From assembly GCF_006345805.1 (NCBI RefSeq), contig NC_043025.1:14198001-14262000 (forward strand): a stretch of 64,000 bases of DNA, given 5' to 3'. Position 1 is the first letter of the stretch. Every line of letters starts with the position of its first letter. Position numbers and translations under genes: made by a program. Below, one piece after another: positions 51,840 to 64,000 of the stretch. Source of the DNA: Octopus sinensis. Taxonomy: Eukaryota. The notes beneath the pieces were generated by a model. That model saw nothing but the letters and a program-made list of their open reading frames with translations, ran no database searches and was not told the DNA's origin.

Positions 51840-52260
51840 ATCAGAGGAATGGGAAGGGGAGTCAGAGGACCGAGGGTGGGTGAGTTGAGGGACCAAGGGT
51901 GGGTGAGCCGAGGGATCAAGGGTGGGTGAGCCGAAGGACCGGGGAGGAGAGTCAGAGGATTGGGAAGGGGAGTCAGAGGATTGAGGGTGGGTGAGTCGAG
52001 GGACCAGGGAGGGGAGTCAGAGGATCGAGGGTGGGTGAGTCGAGGGACCGAGGGTGGGTGAGCCGAAGGACCGGGGAGGAGAGTCAGAGGATTGGGGAGG
52101 AGGGTCGAAGGATCGTGGGTGGGAGAGCCAAAGGATCAGGGAGGAGAGTCAACAGATAGAGGGTGGAAGGAAAGTCAAAAAATCAAGGGTGGAGGGAGAG
52201 TCAAAAGATTGGGGTGGAGGGAGAGTAAAAAGATTGGGGTGGAGGGAGAGTTGAAAGATC
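51840..52260. repeat. G-rich degenerate minisatellite (GGGGAGTCAGAGGATCGAGGGTGGGTGAGTCGAGGGACC-like)
   Basis: Recurrent ~19/39-bp motifs just downstream (in transcript direction) of the first coding exon. Confidence 0.8.
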
Positions 52261-52407
52261 GGAGATGCAACAGGTGAAAAACGAGGAGAGAGATAAAAAC
52301 GAAACACAAAGAAAGATGAAAGGAGATGAGGTGAAGAAGAAGAAATAGAAGAAAAAAAAACAAAAAAGGGGGGGGGGAGAAAAATAAGAGAAAAAAAGTG
52401 AACTTAC

Positions 52408-52519
52408 TTTGACGTTTGGCAGCTGGAGGTGGAATCCCCGATTTGGGGTGTGGAAGTCCTGATGGTTTCGCAATTTTGGAAGGTGTCTTTAGACCAGACG
52501 GCTTTGGATTGGTAGCCAT
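52408..52519 (-). CDS. CLIP1: CLIP-170/CLIP-190-like protein, first coding exon (MATNPKPSGLKTPSKIAKPSGLPHPKSGIPPPAAKRQ)
   Basis: Resembles the CLIP-170 N-terminus (KPSGLK.P.KI.KP). Polypyrimidine tract + CAG acceptor directly before the ATG; donor CAAA|GTAAGT; 112 nt, phase 1, joins 31668 in frame. Confidence 0.85.
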
Positions 52520-53288
52520 CTGTTGAGAGGAGAGAGAAAAAGAGGAGAGAAAGGTCAGTTGATGTGATGAACTTTGATCAGGGTACTTATTCTATCGGTC
52601 TCTTTTGCCGAACCGCTAAGTAACGGGGACATAAACACACCAGCATCGGTTGTCAAGCAATGTTGGGGGGACAAACACACACACGCATATATATATATAT
52701 ATACATATATACGATGGGCTTCTTTTCAGTTTCCGTCTACCAAATCCACTCACAAGGCATTGGTCAGCCCGAGGCTATAGCAGAAGACACTTGCCCAAGG
52801 TGCCACACAGTGGGACTGAACCCAGAACCATGTGGTTGGTAAACAAGCTACTTACCACACAGATAAGGGTAGAAAAATTACTGGGTGAGTGCTTTGGGGT
52901 GAGTTGTGATGGAACCCATCATCCAACAAACTGGTATGTCTTATCCTGAGAGAGAGCTAACATCTGACTGACTAGTGTCCTATCCAGGGAGATGGTTATC
53001 TCACATCACAGTATCATAACCTCAGTTTACACCTAGCTGTCATGAGTGGTGGAATGTCAACGTGTTAGAGACTAGTGTTTTATCCAGGAGGATATTTACC
53101 TCATCATTGTATCACAACTATATTCTACATTACCTCAGTTCACACCTGGTTGTGGTGAGGGAGAGAATGGGTAGCAATTCAACTGGGGGGATGTTAACAT
53201 GTGAAAGACTGGTGTCCTATCCAGGGAGATGATTATCTCTCATCACAGTGTCTCTGTGACACAACACTATATTTCACATTACTTCACT

Positions 53289-53837
53289 TCATCATCATCA
53301 TCATTGTTCGACCATGGTCGAGACAATGGAATTTACCATGCTACGCCAGACTTCACGGTCCATCATGGCATTACGGAGGTCCTGTTGCTGGATGCCTGTA
53401 TCCCTGGAGATTACATCAGGGTAGGAGAGTGTGCGCCCTCTGGTATTGCGAGTAGATGGCTTCCAGAGGAGAAGAGTAGAAATTACCTCTTTTTCAGCTC
53501 TACAACAATGTCCAGCAAACTGGACTCTCCTACCTTTCACAAGAGATGACACAGGTGGTAGTTTCCCATGTATTTGCATTTTGGTTGGATGGCGCTTCCA
53601 CGAGAGATTTTGAGCTCTCATAAGGAGGCGAGTGTAGGTTCCATCCAACCGCCTCTCAAGCTTCTTTGATAATGTCCAGGTTTCTGAGCCATATAGTAGA
53701 ATTAGTTCGACTGTGGCTTTGAAGATTTCAAGTTTGAAGTCTCTACTTAGATTTGATGACCAGATCTTATGCATGTCATTACAGGCTGACCAGGCCATAC
53801 TCTTTCTAGTTAGAAAATCTTTTCCAGCTCCATACTG
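53289..53837 (-). mobile_element. 5'-truncated RTE-clade LINE (RT C-terminal region + (GAT)n tail)
   Basis: ORF 53301..53798: KLEIFKATVELILLYGSETWTL...RRVQFAGHCCR...RGRTLSYPDVI, typical post-RT LINE motifs, followed by a trinucleotide tail. Confidence 0.85.
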
Positions 53838-53934
53838 AGCTGTGGCGAGGGAGAGAATAGGGACCAGATCATCTGGTGGAACATTAACATGTGATGGACT
53901 GGTGTCTCATCCAGGGGGAGATGTACAACTCATC

Positions 53935-54226
53935 GGTAGAGGGACAATTCTTCAGCAGACAGTTGGCCGACAGATAACTTACAGACAGAATAATTGTGTG
54001 GTATGGTGCAGAGTCCCGTTGCCAGACACAGGGTGTTCCAGTAGCTACCCTCTTGACACAAGCCAGCACAACTTCCTCCAGGCCCTTGATGTAGGCCTCT
54101 CTATTGAGCCTGAGGCCTTGTGGGAATTGTCTTATCAGCAAATTGTCTGCAGACTCTCTCTGCATGGTGTCTGTGGCACAACACTATATTCTACATCACC
54201 TCAGTTCACACCTAGCTGTGCTGAGA
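53935..54226 (-). pseudogene. Tc1/mariner transposase fragment
   Basis: FPQGLRLNREAYIKGLEEVVLACVKRVATGTPCVWQRDSAPYHT resembles the mariner-type segment around the second catalytic Asp (W-Q-Q-D-S-A-P-x-H). Confidence 0.7.
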
Positions 54227-56814
54227 GAGTGAATAGCTACCAGATCATTGAGGTGGAACAATGGGGAATCAGAAAAGCTGGCCCTGTGCTCCCAATAGAG
54301 GAAATGGGGTACAGATTAGACCAGTAGTTCTCAACTGGAGTCCATCTGGCACCTGAGGGTCCATATAAGATTTTTGGGAGTCCACATAACAAATTTCACT
54401 TTAGATGCATTTATTAGTATAACATTTAACATAGTTCGACCAACACAAGTTAATGTGTGAAGAACAAAATAAGAATTTTGGAAGAAGTTTCTATAAAACT
54501 AGTTTTTAAACACTGAATGGCTATGAGGGATCCACCAGAATAAAATTGTAATCAAAGGAGTCCTTAGATAAAAAAAAAAATGGTTAAGGACCCCTGGATT
54601 AGGGTCGAAAAACTGAAAACATTTGCGCTGTTAAAAGTTAGATGAGAAATGGAAAACAAACAAGGGCAAAACAAAACAAAAAAAAATATGCGTTAAGATT
54701 CTTAAGATTCAAATTAATTAGTACAATTATCAAAAAACATTTCCAGTAATTAAATATTACATTATTTTCACAAGAGACCAAATATAAATGTCACAGGTAA
54801 AAAGAAAAAAAAAATATTGTTTTGGAAACTATCCAAGATTGAACCTGCATCGGTTGTTTTGAAGAGAATAAATCTTAAATACATTTCTCCCTTAAAAATG
54901 GGGTCTTTAGACTTAAAAATGTAGAAACAATCATTTTTACACCAGAAACTTATTATTATTATTATTATTGAGTGAGAGAGCAGCTCATGCCATCAAAGTG
55001 ACACTGGGATAAAATATACGAAGCCCAGTATACCCATCATGACTACCTGTCTGATAAGGGTACACCAGGCGCATGTATCACAACAATATGTGCGCGACAT
55101 GGTGATCTCATATCAAGGTAAACAGTGCATGACCTTGCAGATGGGGCCCAGTTAGAATTTTCTTCTGGTCGAGTAGCCCATCCTGCTCAAAAGGTCCCTG
55201 AATAAGGGTTGTTTAAGGATGTAGAACGAAACACCCATGTTTCCAAAGGTGAATTATCCAAACCCCAAAGAATCCTTCTCAACACATGGCTATGATGCTC
55301 CCCTACTACTTCTGCTCGTGACCAGAGATGCACATATCGTCAGCCTCCAAGGGACATGCTCAACTGGTTATGGTCAAACAACTGACAAGCAAATCTGTTA
55401 TTTATTATTATTATTATTATTATTATTCAGGCAACGAGCTGGCAGAATCCTTTGAAGGTCAGGAAAAATGCCCCCAGCCCTTTCAGCTGTACCTGAGGAA
55501 GCCTGTGACAGGCTGGCTTTCTGTTCAGGGATCTCAGTAATTGTTACACCCTGGAAACTAGGTAACCAGCCCTTAGATGCTGAATGACCCCCTAGGTGGC
55601 AATGTTACCTTACTGTGTCCTCTAAATTTTGTAGTTTTTGTCTTTGTAATGTACATCATCCATTGCCCTTCTCACAATAAAAGAATTATTTTAATTGGTG
55701 ATGGGCATGGCAGAAAGGCAAGGCTGAGTCAGTAGATCTATGGGGTGGGCGTAGCCAAATTAGCAGAGCAATAGGTGGGCATGGCCAAATCAGCAAGGCA
55801 GTGGGGGGTTTGGTCAAGCCAAGAGGGCGATAGTGGGTGAGCATGGCCAAATCAGAGGGGCAGTAGGTTGGTGTGGAAGAATCCCCTAGATGGCTGTCCC
55901 CTATATAGGGTACAGCTCATTTCATTATTGGGTTCCCAGTTTGATTTTCACAACTCCCCGCCTCTCACCATCTTGTAAGGATTCCCTGCAGTATCCACTC
56001 AGCTGGCACAAGTGTTAGCACACTGAGCAAAAATGCTTAGCAGTGTTTCGTCTGCCGTTACGTTCTGAGTTCAAATTCCACCAAGGTTGACTTTGCCTTT
56101 CATCCTTTCAGGGTCGATAAATTAAGTACCAGTTGCGTACTGGGGTCAATCTAATCGACTGGGCCCCTCTCCCAAAATTACAGGCCTTGTGCTTAGAGTA
56201 GAAAAGGATATCTACCTAGCTTTCACCCTGAAGGGTATGAGGACAGAGACATCCCTCCTGTTAGGTGGAGCCCACATCACCATTTCTCATTTCAAGTTTC
56301 CCTTTAAAAGGGAAGTGAGGGTGGAGAGGAGGGGTGGGGTGCCGTCCTCGAATAAATTTATTGAAAGGTGAGCAAAAATAGAGAAAATGGCAGAAGTGGA
56401 CGGCAACCCCTAAGTATAGACCTGTGAATAAGGCACCACCCTAAATATCGGAGCTGTGAGTTGGAGAAATTCAACAGCAGAGAGCAATTGCCTTTGGGGT
56501 TCCTAGAGAGCTTGGATGGTGGGGTTCTTCAACCGGCCCTAAAGGCTCTCTTGTATCAGGAGGGCCTTAATGCTGATGAACTATGTAAACCTCAATGCCT
56601 TATGCCTGTCTTTGTATTGTCCCCCTCATATGTTGCCCTTGTGGCAAATAAAAGAAATCATTATCATTGTTATGACAAAATGAGCAATGGATGGTAGAAT
56701 CGGCAGAATAACAGACGAACCACCCAGTGACGGGTGTTTAATGACGGCGCTTTACATTTTGAACTGCTGTTCTTTAGAAGCGAACTTTACCTTTCATCTT
56801 TCAAGGGTAGTGAA

Positions 56815-57215
56815 TAAAGTACCAGTCAAGTACAAGACCTGTCAGTGAAGTACCAGTGAAATATTGGGACAGTCACTCAAGTACCATCAACAAAATGAAG
56901 TACAGTTGAGTAATGGGGCAGTTGATATAATAAAGTACGAGTGAAGTACCGGAGCACTCAACAAGAAGTACAGTCGAGTACTGGGGCAGTCAATATAATA
57001 AATAGCAGCAAAGTACCGGGGCACGCAACAAAAAGTACAATTGAGCACAGGGATGGCCAAAATGAAGTACCAATTAAGTACTGGGGCAAAATAAAGTACA
57101 GTCGGGTACACGGATACCTAAAATAAAGTACCAGTCAGGTGCCATTGCTCTCAACAAAATGAAGTACAGCTGAGTACAAGGTTAGCTAAAATAAAGTACC
57201 AGTGAAGTACATGTG
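56815..57215. repeat. AAAGTACCAGTCAAGTAC-based degenerate tandem repeat
   Basis: Recurrent AAGTAC(C)AG motifs that resemble the SINE B AAGTACCAG segment. Confidence 0.65.
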
Positions 57216-57900
57216 GCACTCAACAAAATTGGTCAGTCTGGGACTATAATAGAAGACATTTGCCCAAGGGTGCCTAGCAGTGGGTCTGAACCCAGGACCA
57301 TGTAATTGGAAAGAAAATCTCTTACCACAGAACCAGAAGTAGAAGCAATTTTGGGGCCGCTTGTACAGTGCTGCTTATATCTAGATAGAAAAAGTGGGGG
57401 AAGTAATGTAACTGAGTCAGTCAGACCCCAGTGCATAACTGGTACTTTATTTCAAAAATCCTGGAAAGCTGAAGAAAGTGAAAGGCTAAGTCCACCTCGG
57501 TAAGAACATGTCAGCAAAAATAGGAAAAGGCATTTCGTCTGGTGCTCCACCGATTCTACAACTCTGATACCAGGAATATTTCAAGAGAAAATTTACAGAA
57601 ATTCATGAATTCAAGAAGAAAAAAAAAGTTTAAAAAGAGAGAGAAAAAAAAGAATGGAAAAAAAAAAAAAACTATTTTTTTTTAATGATATATGAAGCGA
57701 AAATATGAAATAGCAAAATGAACTCGTTAAGAGGTATAGTTCGTTAGCCATGGCGGAATAATTGGGAATTTAAAAAAAAGCGACAGGAACACAAGTATCA
57801 GCCATATTTAGCAAAAGCTGTTTGTTGTGAGAGAGCAGAAAAATTGAGCAAAGAACAGAAAAGCCAACAAACTACGGAATTGGATGTGTGGGTGTGTGTA

Positions 57901-57952
<52 letters not shown>

Positions 57953-58408
57953 ATATAATGTATACATATGTATTGGCCTGCTCGCTTAGCCAGCGGGGTG
58001 GCGTCATTCGAGGGCTAAAACAATGCGAACGCATTGTGACCAGCGATGTGTAACAACATCTGATGGTCTGGTCGGTCACGTGATATATATATATAAATAT
58101 ATATATAACTACAAAATTAGAGAATGGAGAAATATAAATATATATATATATATATATAATATATATATATATATGTATGTATGTATATATATGTAAGTAT
58201 GTGTGTGTGTGTGTGTGTATATATGTATGTATATATATATATATATGTATGTACATATGTGTGCGTGTGTATATATATATATATATATATATGTATATAC
58301 ACACACACACTTTATTATTGAAGCTGCAGAGACATCACCAAAAACTGTTCCTCAGAGTCTCACGTTCCCGTTCATAGGACTGTTTTGACTGGGAATTCTC
58401 AATCACAA

Positions 58409-58446
58409 CTGTCTGATGAACAGGGGTGTGAAACTCAGAGTAACAG
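58409..58446 (+). ncRNA. Minimal hammerhead motif, third family
   Basis: CTGT-CTGATGA-ACA(GGGG)TGT-GAAA-CTCAGAG-TA-ACAG; GUA triplet, quasi-palindromic helix III. Confidence 0.5.
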
Positions 58447-58612
58447 CTTTTGGTGATATTTTTGTAGCTTTATTAATATAGCATATTACTCTACCTCCGG
58501 TATTTGAGTACTATTTTGCCCCCACCTTGTTTCACATTTGTGTGTTTACTCTGGTATATATATATAGATACACATACACACACACACACATGTGCATATA
58601 TATATATGGATA

Positions 58613-58658
<46 letters not shown>

Positions 58659-59527
58659 CACATGCACATACATATACAACATATGAATGCGTATGTATAT
58701 GTATGTGTTAATAAATGTACGAGTGTGTGTAAATACATCTGTGTGTGTGTGTGTGGATCATAATGATGTGTATGTACATATATATATATAGATACACACA
58801 CACACACATATGTGCATATATATATGGATGTGTGTGCGTGTGTGTGTGTATATATATATACACACACATGCACATACATATACAACATGAATGCATATGT
58901 ATGTGTTAATAAATGTATGAGTGTGTGTAAATACGTGTGTGTGTGTGTGTGGTTCATAATGATGTGTATGTGTGTATGTATGTATATACTTGAAGCAGAG
59001 ACTGCACTCCACTGACACATGCAGTCTCTCTTTTCCTTATTTCCATGACAACTGCAACTCAGAGTAACAACAGAATGAAACCTGAATTTTACACAATGTC
59101 ACAGGTATTGAGTGCGTTTCCCCGTCCCCTTCATAACACCAAACATACAACCATCTATGTGTGTTTGGAGTTACAACCAAGCGGAGTAGGGAGCACTCGC
59201 TAGAAAGTGGAGTACTCACGATAAAGAGGAGTACGTAAATTTAATTTAAGCAAGAGTTTCCTCTCCTGGGTACTTGGAGTTTCACATCCCTGCCCTGTGT
59301 TGTTAGGCAGAAATGCGAAAGTCTGTAGCACCAGAGGGAAACTCGGTTCAAAATTAAATACACGGGTTTCACATACACCGAGCACATGCTTCAACAACAT
59401 TGAACAAGATTATGAGGCTTTCATGCTGATCAGATATTGAGAAAAGGCCCAGGGCAAAGCGAGGGGCAAGACAGGCCAACAGATACCTACTGGGTTTCAA
59501 AAAGGTTATTTGGAAAGAGGGAGCAGT

Positions 59528-59985
59528 GATGATGAAGATGAGGAGGATGAGGATGATGATGAGGATGATGATGAGGATGATGAGGATGAGGAGGATGATG
59601 ATGAGGGGGAGGATGGTAATGATGATGATGAGGAGGATGATGATGAGGATGATGATGAGGATGAGGAGGATGAGGAGGAGGATGATGATGATGAGGAGGA
59701 TGATGATGAGGAGGAAGATGATGATGAGGAGGATGATGATGATGAGGAGGATGATGATGATGAGGAGGAGGATGATGATGATGAGGAGGATGGTAATGAT
59801 GATGAGGATGATGATGATGATGAGGAGGAGGAGGATGAGGAGGATGATGATGAGGAGGATGATGATGAGGATGATGATGATGATGATGATGAGGATGATG
59901 ATGAGGATGATGATGAGGAGGATGATGATGAGGAGGATGATGATGAGGATGATGATGAGGATGATGATGATGAGGAGGAGGATGA
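59528..59985. repeat. Compound (GAT/GAG)n trinucleotide tract
   Basis: Near-pure triplet mix; yields artefactual poly-D/E, poly-S and poly-M/R ORFs. Confidence 0.95.
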
Positions 59986-60832
59986 AATCAACAGCTGACA
60001 AGGAAATAATGGGGAGGCGAAAGATGGATGGAGAGGGGCAGGTTACGGTCATTTGGTATGGTTGTTCTGTCCTGCAACAGTCCCCCTTGCCAGGCCCTTG
60101 GAGAAACATTTAAACAATGACAGTAGACAGCTAGTTGTTCCTTCTCGAGCCCCGCCTGGCTCATAAGGGCCGGTTTCCCGGTTTCCTTAGCGTGTAGGTT
60201 CCCCACCTGAACAGGACGCTGGTTGGCCCGAGGGTGCAGCAGAAGATACTTGCCCAAGGTGCCACACAGTAGGACTGAACCTGGAACCATGTGGTTTACA
60301 TCTCCATGACATGGTGGTTCAGCAAAAGAGACCGATAGAATAAATACCAAACTTAAAATCAAACCAAGTTGTGGAGTCTGTTCCATTGGCTAAGAATTCA
60401 AGGTGGGTGCCCCAGCATGGCCACAGTCTAATGACTGAAACAAGCAAAGAGATAGAAGACATAGCCAGCCTGATGGACCTCAGGGGTCAGCTGTGACTTA
60501 ATTTTACTGTCCCAGGAGGAGCGGAAGATAAAACTAACTGGACAAGGATTGAATTCTGAATGCCAAGTTTAGGCAATAACGGTTTTTAATCTCAGAGGCA
60601 CATGGCTGCAGATTATGGGAACTGGGGGTTACTCGCAGTAAAAAAAAAAAAAAATCAACCCTGCCTTGCCCATCCGGCATTTGTCTGGGAATTTATTTTG
60701 GAAAGTCCCTGGGGGTGGGGGAACGAGAAACGAAGTTGATCTCATCTGGAGCTTATGAGGTTTGTGCGTGGGGGGGGGGGGAATACCCTACAAAGCATTT
60801 TGCCCAATGCTCTCAATAATTCAGCCATGCAC

Positions 60833-60867
<35 letters not shown>

Positions 60868-61013
60868 TAATAATAATAATAATAATATGTAGAAAAAGGT
60901 GCTGATATTTAAGTGAAGAAAAATTTGATGAACATGCGAAAATAGAAGGAAAATGTATATATATATATATATACATATATATACACATGTATATATGTTT
61001 ATATATACATGTG

Positions 61014-61047
<34 letters not shown>

Positions 61048-61316
61048 ATATGTATGTATGTATATATATGTATATATAAATATATATGTATGTATATATA
61101 TATATATATACATGTATATATGAGTATATATGTTTATATATACATGTGTGTATATATAGGTATATACACACATATATATATAGTATTAACAAGACATATT
61201 CGACCATGCAGACACAGAAACGATATACATATAAACAGGAAGGTATATATATATATACAGAGAGATAGATATGTGCATGTATAAATGTATGTATGTATAT
61301 ACGAGTGTATATATAC

Positions 61317-61338
61317 CTGTTATACAGTTCAAGATCCA
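61317..61338 (-). other. Candidate 22-nt non-coding 5'UTR exon of the CLIP gene
   Basis: Long (CT)n tract ending ttgcttgcag|, donor ACAG|GTATAT; carries stops in frame with the ATG at 52519. Splice signals only. Confidence 0.25.
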
Positions 61339-61368
61339 CTGCAAGCAATAAAGGTTGAGAGAAAGAGA

Positions 61369-61411
<43 letters not shown>

Positions 61412-61949
61412 GGGAAGAGAAAGAGAGAAAGAGAAACAAGGGTCAGATAACAATATTACATGAACACTTGGGAACCAACAAACGGGGTCGAATGCAAACC
61501 AAATTAGGATGAAAGGAGGAAAAACAAAGGGTCCCTTTTTTTTTTCATTTTTTTTTGTCATACAACAGGATACATTTAAAGGGATTGGCGAAGGGATACA
61601 TCAACATCAATGTCAAACTTTAGGGGGAGAGCAGAGACATGAAAATAAAGGGGAGCAAGAAATGATAAAATACAACAATACCATGACCCTCACAAAAACA
61701 ACAACAGGGGTTTCAGGTAGGGGACAGACAAAAAAAAAAAATGCATGATACAGAGGGTTCTTTCTATACAGGCAAAAATTGACAAAATTGTTTTACAAAG
61801 AAATGATAAATTGGTTACTATGGAAACTGTGAAGGACACACACATACAAAGTGGGAAAAAAGGGTGGAGGGCCACAATATATTACATCACATGACCTCAT
61901 ACAATTTGGGTAATGATATACTGTATATAAGAATGCAATAACTTTCATA

Positions 61950-62175
61950 GGTCACACACGAGCTCAGAGACTGAGCCTTCAAAAAGGGTCACACATCATT
62001 TCATACACTGACCCCTCAAAAGGTCACACTCACCTGATCCCATACACTGACCCTTCAAAAGGACACACACAATCTCATACACTGACCCCTCAAAAGGTCA
62101 CACTCATGACCTCATACACTCACCCATCAAGAAGTCACGCTCATGACTTCAAACACTGGCCCTTCATAAGGTCAC
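61950..62175. repeat. ~32-bp minisatellite (CTCATACACTGACCCCTCAAAAGGTCACA)
   Basis: About six degenerate tandem copies. Confidence 0.8.
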
Positions 62176-62599
62176 ACACACACATGACTTCAATCAATGA
62201 CCTTTTCAAGGCTATCTACAACAAGCTCACAGGCCCCCACATATCTGTAGATTCTATACTAGCTTCAAACACCAACAACCAGGCAGTATTTGGCAGCAAA
62301 GTCAAACTATATATATATATATATATTTTTATTGAAATGGATAAATGAATTATCTTGTTTCGGATTATTCAAATGATAACCGATACCTGGGTAGCAAAAA
62401 TCACAACAGAAAAATCACGGTTGGGGTTACGACCATGGGGTCTCAAAACCGTGCCTTAGTGCGGAAATTTGAAGAGAAAGCTGCAAAATGGTCTCCTTAT
62501 TCAATCCGAATTAGGGACTTTGCAGCCTTTGAAACATATGTAGAAAATAATAAAAAGGAATTTTGTTAAATCTTCGTTCAGCTCCATTTCTTACCTCAC

Positions 62600-62654
<55 letters not shown>

Positions 62655-63719
62655 ATAAATATTAGGGAATAATATTTTAATTTTATTTAATTTATATAAA
62701 ATCTTTTATGTATTGGATTAAGTCTTTCTTTGTTTGATTTGCATAATAGTGGTTTTGTCTCTAATTAATATTATATATATATTAATACATATATAAGCGA
62801 TCTCAGGATTGGTCGGCCGAGATTGCGAGGATGATCCGGTTCTTGACTGAAGATTGGGGGCTTCGAATGGCCGTCCGTGTCTTTTTGTATTGTCTTCTAA
62901 ATATGTATGTTTGGTTTTTCAAGCCATCCGTGGCCATCAAAGACAATGGATGGACGTGTGTGAGTGCATTCGTACTAAAGTGCGCGAGAGAGAGAGCGAC
63001 CAGGTGTTTCGGCTCAAGTCGAACCGTTGCCTTGGAGACGACCATGGTCGAAGCCAATGGCGGTTTTATTGAATAAATTTACTCTTTTAGGATTTCAAGA
63101 TATTTTTATGGAATTTTGGTAAATATTTCTGTTAAAATGAGATGTCAGGGTTATTTAGACGACAGTTTATTTTCCGGCTCCTGTACGTGCGTGTGGGTAT
63201 GTGTCTGGGTGTGGGGTCAAGGAGTCTGGGGTCGAGTTTTTGTTGAATTTTTCAAGCCATTCTTGGACATCAAAGACGATGGATGGACGTGTGTGAGTGC
63301 ATTCGTACTAAAGTGCGCGCGCGAGAGAGAGAGGGGGGGGAGGGAGAGAGAGAGATAGGGAGATGTGTGTGTGTGTATGTGTGTGTATATATATATATAT
63401 GTATATATATACACATAGACACACAAATCTCCCATTTCTGATGACTCAACTATTTTCAAGTTACAGCTAAAGGGAGGTAATTAGGTTGTTCCTGCGTTGT
63501 CTGCTTTAACTTCTAATCTCTCGAGCAAACGTCCTTCAACGTTTCTGCACACACGCACCGCGCAGGCGTGGCTGTGTGGTTAGGGGTTAACTTCCAATCA
63601 CAGGGTCTTGGGTTCAGTCCCACTGCGTGGCACCTTGGGCAAGTGTCTTCTACTATAGCCTCGGGACGACCAAAGCCATGTGAGTGGATTTGGTGAGCGG
63701 AAACTGAAAGAAGCCCGTC

Positions 63720-63758
<39 letters not shown>

Positions 63759-64000
63759 GTACATATTTATGTGTGTTTTGTGTCTGTGCTTGTTCTCCCA
63801 CCATCGCTTGACAACCGATGTTGGTGTGTTTATGTCCCTGCAAAAGCGACCGATAGAATAAGTACTGGGCTTACAAAAGAATAAGTCCCGGGGTCGAGTT
63901 GCTCGATTAAAGGCGGTGCTCCAGCATGGCCGCAGTCAAAATGACTGAAACAAGTAAAGGAATAAAAGAAAATAAATAAATGAAAAAGTCTGAGACGGCC

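Larger units (their letters stand above)
52930..54240. repeat. Degenerate ~100-125-bp tandem repeat interrupted by LINE and mariner fragments
   Basis: GACTGGTGTCCTATCCAGGGAGATG..CACAACACTATATTCTACATTACCTCAGTTCACACCTAGCTGTG recurs before, between and after the inserts. Confidence 0.7.

Noticed and set aside
59369-60113. Long ORFs (poly-D/E, poly-S, poly-I/L, poly-M/R)
   Set aside because: Readings of a trinucleotide tract; no unique coding content or splice support.
62345-62569. 74-aa ORF in the hammerhead-family repeat as a possible GIY-YIG remnant
   Set aside because: No recognisable GIY/YIG motifs; the related copy at about 600-880 is not open.

Overview
Eukaryotic genomic DNA packed with repeats. 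The tRNA-headed SINE families and the (AT)n/(AC)n/(AAT)n microsatellite load suggest an octopus/coleoid cephalopod, which is an inference. The only supportable protein-coding gene is a minus-strand CLIP-170/CLIP-190 (CLIP1/restin-type) +TIP gene. Nine exons were phased by hand, all with GT-AG boundaries: 52408-52519, 31050-31668, 19995-20220, 19213-19272, 11873-11971, 10372-10517, 8812-8872, 7494-7598, 6219-6371. They splice into a continuous 1581-nt (527-codon) frame encoding a basic S/P-rich N-terminus, two GKNDG CAP-Gly domains, a Ser-rich linker and the start of the coiled coil. A candidate 33-nt in-frame microexon follows (3762-3794). No stop codon is reached, so the gene presumably continues beyond the left edge. 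The rest is intron/upstream DNA filled with SINEs, LINE and mariner remnants, non-autonomous Helitrons, a piggyBac-type MITE, foldbacks and mini/microsatellites; nearly all other ORF-track entries are low-complexity or repeat artefacts. Most notable: (i) several distinct hammerhead-ribozyme motifs (Penelope/retrozyme-like), one in CLIP sense orientation with an inverted partner that lacks exactly the catalytic segment; (ii) arrays of a ~126-bp repeat whose inverted copies bracket six exons (back-splicing geometry); (iii) long nested foldbacks that would form intronic dsRNA.
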